Assembly (NCBI GenBank): GCA_013416795.1
Contig: RQSC01000015.1
Location: 617,218-681,217 of the forward strand
Source of the DNA: Prasinococcaceae sp. CCMP 1430
Taxonomy: Eukaryota; Plantae; Prasinodermophyta
Length of the DNA: 64,000 bases
Reading direction: 5' to 3'
Shown here: one piece after another, positions 11,610 to 20,209 of the stretch
How positions within the stretch are numbered: the stretch's first letter is position 1
How the letters are laid out: each line of letters opens with the position of its first letter
The notes under the pieces: model-generated
What the model was told of the DNA's origin: nothing
Database searches by the model: none
The model's input: the letters and a program-made list of their open reading frames with translations, nothing else
Program-made: the position numbers and the translations under genes

Positions 11610-11977
11610 ATGGGCAAGGCGTCGAAGGACAAGCGCGACATATACTACCGCAAGGCCAAGGAGGAGGGCTGGCGCGCGCGCTCGGCGTTCAAGCTGCTGC
11701 AGGTGGACGAGGCGTTCGGCGTGCTCGCGGGATGCACGCGCGTCGTCGACCTGTGCGCCGCGCCTGGGAGCTGGTCGCAGGTGCTCAGCCGCAAGCTGTA
11801 CGTGCCGCACATGGAGCGGGTCGCAAGGGGGGAGTGCGAAGCGGAGGGGCCGCACGCGCCCAAGATCGTGGCGGTATGTGCGCCTCGCTCGCTCGCTCGC
11901 TCGCGCGCTCCCGGCCGCCGGCGCCAAGCGCGAGCGCCCGGCGCAGCGCCCCTCCGGCGCACGGCGCGCCACTGACG

Positions 11978-12028
<51 letters not shown>

Positions 12029-12933
12029 TAGCAGTCCTTGTCCGTATTGTGCTTGGCCACCTCGTCTGCAGCCGATGGCCCCGATCGACGGAGTCGTGGA
12101 AATTCAAGGCGACATCACGAGCGAGCGCACTGCGGCCGCCGTCATCGCGCACTTCGACGGACATCCCGCGGACCTCGTCGTGTCGGACGGTGCGCCCGAT
12201 GTGACGGGCCTGCACGATATGGACGAGTTTGTGCAAGCGCAGCTCATCCTGTCGGCGCTGTCAATTGTGACGCACGTGCTGCGCCCCGGCGGCGCATTCG
12301 TCGCCAAGGTGGGTCGGGCGGTCGACTGCGCGCCGCGCGTGGCGCTCCCGCGCGCCGCGCGCGCGTCGGGTCGGATCAAGTCGCGCGCCGCTTGCTGACG
12401 TGACCCGCTGCGACACCGCCTCTCTCACTGCAACGCGCACGCACGCGCGCCCCCTCCACCTCGCGGGTGCCATCGCGACCGCTCTCGCCCTTCTCCAGGT
12501 TTTCCGCGGGCGTGACATGGCGCTGCTGTACGCGCAGTTGCGCGCGCTTTTCCCGCGCGTGACGGTTGCCAAGCCCAAATCGAGCCGCAACTCGTCCATC
12601 GAAGCGTTCGTGGTGTGCGAGGGCTATGCCCCGCCGGCGGGCTTCGAGCCAGCGCGCCTGCGGCAATTGCTCGAGGCGGCAGCCGCGCGCGCGCGCGGCG
12701 GAGAGGAGGCTGCTGACGCCGCAGGTGCGGTCGAACTGGACGCGGGCTGGGAGCGCACACACATACCGTTCCTCGCGTGCGGTGACCTCAGCGGATACGA
12801 CGCCGACAAGTCCTACCCGCTGGAGAGCGCCGATGGGTTAGGCGACCCGTACGAGTGGCGACCTCCCGTGCAACCACCCACGGCGCCTGCGTACGCCGAG
12901 GCGCTACAGAGACAGCGCGAGCGCAACGCGTGA
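11610..12933 (+). CDS. TRM7: tRNA 2'-O-methyltransferase Trm7/FTSJ1; introns ~11874-12071 and 12309-12498
   Basis: [108 protein letters not shown]. Confidence 0.95.
11978..12028 (+). repeat. 51-nt poly-C homopolymer in TRM7 intron 1, directly after a CTGAC branch point
   Basis: Direct read: ACTGACG followed by C x51, then TAGCAG. Confidence 0.9.
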
Positions 12934-13217
12934 TCGCAACCTGTGAGCGCCGCAGACTGGTGCCCGCGCGCTTCTTCCGTGCGTGACCAAAACACTCTAG
13001 GACTCTAGGAGCATGTAGAACTCAGGTTCACGCCGGGCGCGCTTCCGTCACGCATGTTCCTTACGCGGGCCGCGCTCGCTGGGAATCTGTTTGGTTGCGT
13101 TCGCAGATGAGGCGAGAACGCCCAGCAGGCACCCACGCCTTTTGCCGGAGCGCGCGCGTGGCGCAACGGCGCGGCGTGCGGCAGGAAAGCGGTCACCCCT
13201 CTGGCGAGCTGTCGAAG

Positions 13218-15860
13218 TCAATCACTGTCGAAGTCAATGTCGAACGTCCGACGGCCCCTGGTCGTCCGCGTCGACTGCTGCTTGCTGGCGGGCTCCGCAG
13301 CCGCGCCGCCGCCGCGCGCCGCGTCAGCCTGCGCACCATGGGTCGCGAACTGCGCCGAAGTCCCAGCCGATGCGGGGGAGACTCCCTGGGGCATTCGCAG
13401 CGGCAAGGTGCGCGCCGCCGGCGCTGGTCGCCGCGTCACGTCGTCGTCGGAGGACGAAGTGTCAAACATGGAGTCGCGCGCACGCGCGGAAGCGTGCGCA
13501 CCTGCGCCTGTCCTCGCTCCTGCGGCCGATGCGCCCCTGACGATGCTAATTGCATCCTCCTCGTCGCTGCTATCTTGGGTGAGCACAGCGCGCGCGCTTC
13601 CGGGCGCACCGCCTTGCGACGGGCTGCGGACGGTGTCTGCACCCAGCGTTGGTGCGATGTGCCCCTGCCGCTGCTGCGACCCCGGCGAATGCATAGGCGG
13701 CGGCTTGCGCGTGCCCCCCAGCCGGATGAGGTTGACCATGCGATTCACCGCACGTTGGAACTTCAGCAGGCCGCTCACGTCCACAGCAGTCTTGTTGACG
13801 CTTGCGATGGTCGGCCTGCGCGCGCGCGAGGGTAGCGCGCGCGCGAGCGCGCGCAGGGTCAGATACGCTCAGAGGACTTGGCGCGATTGTGCCGCGCGAT
13901 CCCCTCTGCGAGCGGGTTCCTGAAATAAGGTCCACACGCACCTGCAGTAGACACTTTCGAAATCCTCGAGCCCGAAGATCGCCTCGCGATCATTGTCGAG
14001 GTTGAAGAGGAAGCGCAGGCACGAGCAGCGCGCGCTGCGCGGGTCGTGTGGCTCGCAGAAGGTCACATCGATCTGTCCATCGGTCCCACCGCCGTTCGTG
14101 AGCGGGCGTGGGGTGAGCTCAACGACTGCAACGCGGTGCTCGGGCACGTTTGCGCCCAGCGCGACCGTGCGGACCACGTCCATCCAGAACTGCCGCCCGA
14201 CGGACGCGTCTGCTTCGAGCAGCTCAAAGCTCACGGCTCCGAAGCTTGCCACGAAGCTCACCGTATGCGACTCGGTACCTGCGCGTGGACGAGTCGACTT
14301 CGGCGGAGGGGTAATCGCCCGCCGCTGCTCGCTGGGTTTGCCGGCCGTGGCCATTGTGGCCGCCGGGGTCTTCGCAGCGCCAAACGCCGCAGCGCGTGGA
14401 GCGGGCGCGTCCGGCTCTGATGTGCCCGCAGACAGCAGCCTCCGCAGCGCCTCGTCCGCAGCGGTTGGGTTCGAGAAGACCTGCGTGGCCCCGGGGGGTC
14501 TGCGACCCTCCTCCAAGTCTGAAAGCGCCGTAAAGCCCCCGCCGTCTGCCTTGGCGCCTCGGCGCCTAATCACGAAAATGCCCGCCCCTGCGGCGCCAGC
14601 GAATGCCAGCGCGCCGCACACGATGCCCGCGATGGCGCCGTCCCCCAGTCCGCCCTTGCTGTCGCCGCCCGGTGTCACGTCCGGAGCGTCGCCATCGCCC
14701 TCGGGTGCACCTGCGGATGAGGGCAATGGCGGGGGCGGGGATGGCGCGGACGCTGCTTCCGTGTCGGCAACTGCCTCCACCTCGAAGCCCGCCTCATCGG
14801 CGACGTCCTCAATGGCCTCTATCAGTGCCGCTTCGAGCTCGTCTGTGTCGAGCCCGCCCGCCGCGGCCGCGTCAGTGATGAGGATCTCCGTCTGCACCCG
14901 CACCGTGACTTGCGGCGCCGACCTCAACGAGAGGCCGTTCAGGTCTGCGGCCGCCGCGAGCGCGGCGACCTCGTCCGCCCCGCCGGCGACGGACGCCAGC
15001 GCGATCGCGTCGCTCTTCCTTTCGGCGGGAAAGATGCCGTCCACTTGGAGGTCGAACTCAGCGAGGAGACTGCGACGGGAAGAGGCCGCGGTCGTCGCGA
15101 CAACGTCCTCGACGTCGAGGCCGTACCGCGCTGCGTAGACCGTCCTGAAGCCGTCGATGTCGAAGCCCGCCGCTTCGCCCTCGACGCCGTACGTTGTGCT
15201 GATAACAATCGTCACAGTCTGGACAATCTCGTACGTGCCATCGGCGAGGAGAGCGCCGTCGGTACCGAGACCGATCTCTCCGCGAAGCGATGCAAGCAAC
15301 GATTCAGTGAGGGCGTCGATGTCGAGGCCCTCGAGCTCCTCGAGCGAGAGCTTGAAGGTCGCTTGCGAAGTCACCGTGGCATACACAGGCGCACGGGGCG
15401 GCTCCTTCGGGCGCGGCGGGGATGGGGGCTTCGCCGGAGTTGCCTCCCCGTATCCGCCGGCCGGCGGGTTCGGCGGCGCGCCGTAAGCCCCGTAGCCGTA
15501 TGCGTCGTCGCCCCCGTAGTGGCCCGCATCGCCGGCGGGGATGGTCGGAGAGCTGGCCGGGAAAGAGTCGTCGCCGTATGCGCCGTCTTCCCCGCGGTAG
15601 TCCGCATCGCTGGCGGGGATGACGGGGGGCGGCGGGCTGCAGTCGCCTGGCAGCCAGAGGAGGCCGAAAAGGTCTTCGAATGTGTCTCCGGAATAGTAGC
15701 CGCCGAGAGGTAGCCAGGAGTAGCCTCCGTCGCTGTAGCCGTACGTGCCGTACCCGCCGATGCTGTCGTCATCGCCATAGATGTACGAGCCGCACTCAGC
15801 GGCCGCGAGCGGCGCGCCCGCCGCCGCCAGCGCCGCCGCCACCAGCCACGCCGTCTCCAC
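13218..15860 (-). CDS. Type I membrane protein with Gly/Tyr/Asp-rich N-terminus, Pro-rich stalk, single TM and long cytoplasmic tail; intron 13941-13816; probable non-ATG start
   Basis: Signal-peptide-like (V)ETAWLVAAALAAAGAPLAAAEC; GGYGTYGY repeats; PPPP stretches; TM GAIAGIVCGALAFAGAAGAGIFVI followed by RRR. Splicing joins ESVYCR-PTIASVNK. Confidence 0.7.
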
Positions 15861-16140
15861 AGTGCGGGGCTGCCGCGCGCCGCCCGCGTCGCGCACCGCA
15901 GCAGGCCGCGGCCCCGCAACCGCCCCTCGCCTCGGGGAACCGCGTTCGCGGCGTTCAAACTTCGAATGCGTCGGCCGTGGTCACATCGCGCGTCACATCC
16001 ACATCACATCGCATCACCCTCAAATTTGCGGAAATCGAAAAAGACACGCGCGGATACCGAAAAGGGTCTTTCGTGCGAACGCGAAATGGCCGAACCGGGA
16101 AGGAGGCGCAGTCGTTACAGGGCCCGCTGCGCCGCGCGCC

Positions 16141-17421
16141 TCACACAAGGCCGGCGAGCGCGTCGATGATGAGCTGGTAGCCGTCCTGCACGGGCGTCTG
16201 CTGCCTGACGGCTTCCGCGAGCAACGCCATGTCGCCACTGTCCATGTGCTTCGCGAGGAAGAGCAGCAGATGGAAGTCTGATAGTCGCTGCACGTACGGC
16301 AGGCCTTTCGACTTGCCGTCCTGTAGGTGCTCGCGCAGGTCGTTGACGGTCTGCGGGATCATGCGATTCTCTGCGGGGAAGGTCGAGCGCAGCGGGCCCT
16401 CGTGATTGAGAATCTTGACAGGCACCAGAAAGAAGTCATTGTCAACGTCCCTCGTGTCCTTGCCAGCAAGTATCACGTCGTTGGTCATCCGCGTGTTGCC
16501 CACGTCCAACACCTCCGAGATGTCAGCCCCCTCACCGTCCTCCTCCCGGATCTCATCCACGCCCTCGTACGCCTCGGCCTCCGCGAACCAGCCCCGCTTG
16601 TAGATCTCCACCGCTTGCTTCGAGGCCTGGAAGGCCTCGAAATGAACCTCCGCGCGGCCGTCCTCTGTGAGCTCGGGCCGCACGATGGCGGTGACGAAAG
16701 TGTCGTCGGCGCACGCAGCGGCGGCCGCCGCGCACATGAGACGCATCTCCGCAGCGCTCACGGTGAACTCGGGTGCGTCCTCGTGAAGCACGCAGCTGAA
16801 GACGAGCCCGACGCGGCGCAGGCCGAGGCTCGACGCAAGGGCATCGGCGCGCTCGAGCTCACGCGCCTCCTCGGCTTCTATGCTCGCCACTACCACATGG
16901 TTCCCCTCCTGCGGCGGCTCGAAGATGGCTTCGCAGCGCACGTTGCCGGCCTCGTCCACCGTGCCGTACATGTAGCCCATGCGCTTGGCGTGGAAGGCGG
17001 TCTGGTGCAGGTAGCTCTGGAATGCGTTCGCCGCGTGGCTGTCCATCGAGAGCGTCGCGCACGCGGGCGTTTCTTGGTTCTCAATACGGGTCTGGCTGGC
17101 GTAGAGGTCGTCCATTGTCATCTTGCGAAACTGGTTTGGCTTGACTGTCTGCGCGACCGTCCGCTCCACGTCGTGCGCGCAGCAGACGATGGAGCCGTGG
17201 CGCACACCGACGGACGCGAGAGTCGCAGCGTCGCGCGCCATGTCGGTGAACGCCCCGAGGTCAGCGCCCGCGAGCAGCACCTTCTGGTCGAGCGAGAGCG
17301 TCTGCTGCGCCGCGGGGATCTCGAGCGCCTCCTCGAGCGCCGCGCGCAGGCCGCCGACGGTCGCGCCATCGTCGATGGTCACGCGCTCGAGGCCGTCGCG
17401 CGTCCTAATTCTCAGCAGCAT
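16141..17421 (-). CDS. NPL4: NPL4-like protein (Cdc48/Ufd1/Npl4 adaptor), single exon
   Basis: MLLRIRTRDGLERV (Ubl domain), RMGYMYGTV..EAIFEPPQEG, VGLVFS, FEAFQASKQAV, VDNDFFLVPVKI, FPAENR, RLSDFHLLLFL. Confidence 0.93.
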   Translation of the reverse strand: MLLRIRTRDGLERVTIDDGATVGGLRAALEEALEIPAAQQTLSLDQKVLLAGADLGAFTDMARDAATLASVGVRHGSIVCCAHDVERTVAQTVKPNQFRKMTMDDLYASQTRIENQETPACATLSMDSHAANAFQSYLHQTAFHAKRMGYMYGTVDEAGNVRCEAIFEPPQEGNHVVVASIEAEEARELERADALASSLGLRRVGLVFSCVLHEDAPEFTVSAAEMRLMCAAAAAACADDTFVTAIVRPELTEDGRAEVHFEAFQASKQAVEIYKRGWFAEAEAYEGVDEIREEDGEGADISEVLDVGNTRMTNDVILAGKDTRDVDNDFFLVPVKILNHEGPLRSTFPAENRMIPQTVNDLREHLQDGKSKGLPYVQRLSDFHLLLFLAKHMDSGDMALLAEAVRQQTPVQDGYQLIIDALAGLV

Positions 17422-17699
17422 CGCGAAGCGCCCGCCCCCTCCGTCCCGCCCGAGCGCCTCCGCCCGCCGCTGTGGCTGCGCGCCGCCCGCGCCCCTCTCG
17501 AGTGGCGCCCCGCTCGCATGCGCGCGCGAGCGCTCTCTCTCTCTGTCTCTCTCTCTCGCGCGCGCGCACCGGCCCCCGCCGCAGGAGGTTCGGATAAGCG
17601 AACGGAGTTTGGGGCGGTGCAGCATCGAAGTCGGAGTTTGGGTGGAGACGTTTTGGACAGATAGGGTTTGGAAATCGATCGCAGCGCCGCCAGCACGGC

Positions 17700-18537
17700 A
17701 GACGAGACAGCCAGCACGGGGTCGGGGTCGGGGTCGGGGCAGGCAGCGGTGGGCTTACTTGTTGAGCCAGCTGTCCATCTTAGCGCGCACGATGCTCAGC
17801 AAGTCGTCCCATGTGGCGGGGCGCTTGCTGAGGATCTTGGCGGCCAGGCCCTTGGAGGCCCGGTTCACCACCAGCTTCATCAGCCGGTAGAAGTCTGGGT
17901 GGCCCAAAAGGGTCGCCTTCGACTTCATCCGGGAGACGAAAGCCTGGAATGGCTCACCCGGGTCCACCTGGAGCTTCTCCAGCCTTTCCCAGGCGGCAGA
18001 CATGGCTGCTGGGGTAGCAAACAGGCTTGTGAGCCTGGTTTGCAATGCCTCCCAGCTTTGCCATGTCTGGCCGTCTGGGTAGGTCTCGGAGACCTCGTTG
18101 AGGACCTGGAGGTCCGTGTGGGAGGTCAGGCGCGCCGCCAGGGCATCCGGGAGCAACTGTTGGTAGGCCAATTTGGCCTCCTTCAGAAACTCCAGGATGT
18201 GCCTGGGGTCTGCACGACCTCGATAGGCGACGAGGGCCTGGTTGATGCCGGTGGCCATCATGGTGAGGGCGTTGGCGACTGCAGCCCCGCCCTGAGTGAG
18301 GGGGTCGCTAGTTGGTGCGGTGATGGGGGTTGGAGGGAAGGGTGTGGGTGTTGTGACAACAGGTTTGCAACCTGTTGCCAGTGAGAGGGGGTACATGTGT
18401 GGTAGTGCGGCGGTGACAGGTTTGCAACCTGCCACCGAGCAGGATGAGTGGGAGGGTGAGGGTACGGTGGCAGGTTTGCAACCTGCTACCAAGAAGGAGG
18501 GGTGGGAAAGTGGGGGTGTGGGCGGGGTGGGGCAACG
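17700..18537 (-). mobile_element. Retrotransposon Gag (capsid-like) island; ORF ends at TAA 17755-17757, candidate ATG at 18396; no pol or LTR seen
   Basis: TWQSWEALQTRLTSLF...AMSAAWERLEKLQVDPGEPFQAFVSRMKSKATLLG...KRPATWDDLLSIVR matches the Retrotrans_gag/capsid pattern. Composition is visibly different from the flanks (fewer CGCG runs). Boundaries are approximate. Confidence 0.7.
18354..18490. repeat. Three palindromic repeats (core CAGGTTTGCAACCTG at 18360, 18417, 18471) separated by unique ~28-30 nt spacers
   Basis: Direct read. Periods are 57 and 54 nt; each core encodes GCKP in the gag frame. Confidence 0.9.
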
Positions 18538-19992
18538 ATGGACCGCTCGAGGGTGGCGCTCTGCGTGTTCGACGAGCGGCGCGGCGGCGAGGGGCGGGAG
18601 GAGGACCGCCTGCTCGCGTTCGCCGCCGGGCCAGCGCCCGGCGGCAGCGGCGTGTCGCTCGAGGCGCGCGTGGCGATGGTGGGGCTCGCAATGGGCATGC
18701 AGGCCTTCTTCGGCGGGTTCGGGGCGGACGGGGACGCGCTGCAGCGCGGCGCGGCCTTCAGGCAGGTGTGCGTGCGCTCCGACGATGAGCCGTGCGTGTG
18801 GTGGCTGCTGAGCGTGCCACACGCCGTTGCCCCGCCCGCGAGCTCAGCAGACAGCGCGCTGTTCGCGCTCGCGAGGCGCGCCATGTCGCTCTTCAGGCTC
18901 GCCCACCGGAGCGTGCAGGCACTGGTGGACGCCGCGGACGCCGGCGCGGGCGCGGCAGCCTTCGCACCGCTCGAGCGCTTCGTCGCCGCGTGGGTGCGGG
19001 CGCAGTGCCGCAGGCGATGCGCAGCGCTCGCCGCGGCGATGCACCCGCTGGCCTGCTCGGCTGCGGGCATCCACGCGCCCGCGCCGCTGGAGCCCGCGGG
19101 CGCACTGCTTGCTTCGAGCATGCTGGGATGCCTGGAGAGCCTGTGCGGCGACGCGGCGGTGCGGCGGGGCGCGCTCCTCTTTCGCGGGCGAGTGCTCGCG
19201 TCGAGCGTCGCCGCCGAGGACCTGGCGCCGCTCGCCGAGCTGCTGCGCAACGCCGGCGTGTGTGAGGAGGAGGAGGCGGCCGGGGCGGGCGCCACTCGCG
19301 GCGGCGCTGGCTTCTTCTTCGGCTCCGGGGAACACAGCGGCGTGCGAGAGGCGGACGCCGCCGCGCCGGCGGAACTGAGCGCGACGCCGTGGCGAGTCGA
19401 CAGGGACGGCGTCGTGCGAGTGGTGGGCTCGGACGGCGTCGCCGCCGCGCCCAGGGTGTACCTGAGCGGCGATGCTGAGCCAAGCGAGGTGCTCGCCCTG
19501 CGCAGCGACGGCATTCTCGTCGTGCTCGTCCTGCGCGAGGGCGTATCGGCCGCGCCGCTGTGCCGCACGGTGCTCGATGCGGCCGTGCCCCGCTGCGGCG
19601 CTCTAGCGCGCGCTGCCTCCGCGGCGATCGCAGCCAATCATGGTGGGCACGTGCCCGGCTACCGCTTCGCCGCGTTCGACACCGCCTCGCGGCAGGCGGC
19701 GGGCACGCCCGCGACCAAGCTGCGCACGCTTTCTGCGCGCTCCGTCGCGACCATGGCCACGCTGAGGGGAGCCGCCGATGACGCCGTGTTGCGCGGCGAG
19801 TGCGCCGGCAGGCAGCTGCCGCTCGAGCTGTGGTCGAGCTCGAGCAACGACGCTTGCGCCTTCAGCCGCGTGGCCGCGGGCGGCGCGCAACAGCTGCACT
19901 GCTGCGTGGAGGGTGCGCCGCCAGACCTGGGCAAGTTGCCGGCGGCGATGGGGGCGCACTGCGTCGGCGAGCTGCTAAAATGTGACTACTAA
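18538..19992 (+). CDS. CCZ1: CCZ1-like vacuolar fusion protein (longin domains), single exon
   Basis: MDRSRVALCVFDERRGGEGREEDRLLAFA...VGLAMGMQAF resembles the plant CCZ1 N-terminus (LCIFD.RRGQ.EG.E.EKILF). Later GYRFAAFD and LELWSSSSNDA fit the third longin domain. Confidence 0.75.
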   Translation: MDRSRVALCVFDERRGGEGREEDRLLAFAAGPAPGGSGVSLEARVAMVGLAMGMQAFFGGFGADGDALQRGAAFRQVCVRSDDEPCVWWLLSVPHAVAPPASSADSALFALARRAMSLFRLAHRSVQALVDAADAGAGAAAFAPLERFVAAWVRAQCRRRCAALAAAMHPLACSAAGIHAPAPLEPAGALLASSMLGCLESLCGDAAVRRGALLFRGRVLASSVAAEDLAPLAELLRNAGVCEEEEAAGAGATRGGAGFFFGSGEHSGVREADAAAPAELSATPWRVDRDGVVRVVGSDGVAAAPRVYLSGDAEPSEVLALRSDGILVVLVLREGVSAAPLCRTVLDAAVPRCGALARAASAAIAANHGGHVPGYRFAAFDTASRQAAGTPATKLRTLSARSVATMATLRGAADDAVLRGECAGRQLPLELWSSSSNDACAFSRVAAGGAQQLHCCVEGAPPDLGKLPAAMGAHCVGELLKCDY

Positions 19993-20209
19993 TACTCGTC
20001 CCTAGTACACACGGTGCCGCGGCGTCGCGCTGTGCGGTGCGTGGCGAGGCGGGATTCAATTCAACGCGGGGAGTGCGAGTAACGAAACGAAACTTTGTGT
20101 CAAGCGCTGATGGAGGTGTTCGTGTTCGTGCGCATCCATCAGCGGGGGCGGGGAGGGGGCACAGGGGGGGCACACTGCGTGCGCGGCAGCTGCTGGCACG
20201 TGCGTCGTC

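Noticed and set aside
17412-17760. Gag-NPL4 spliced fusion via the GTAAGC donor overlapping the gag stop
   Set aside because: The donor is phase 2, and the CAG acceptors before NPL4 lead into a frame that stops at 17412, not the NPL4 frame.
18354-18490. True CRISPR array
   Set aside because: Only three units, repeat flanks diverge, periods are multiples of 3 inside an ORF, there are no cas genes and the context is eukaryotic. Kept as a hairpin repeat.
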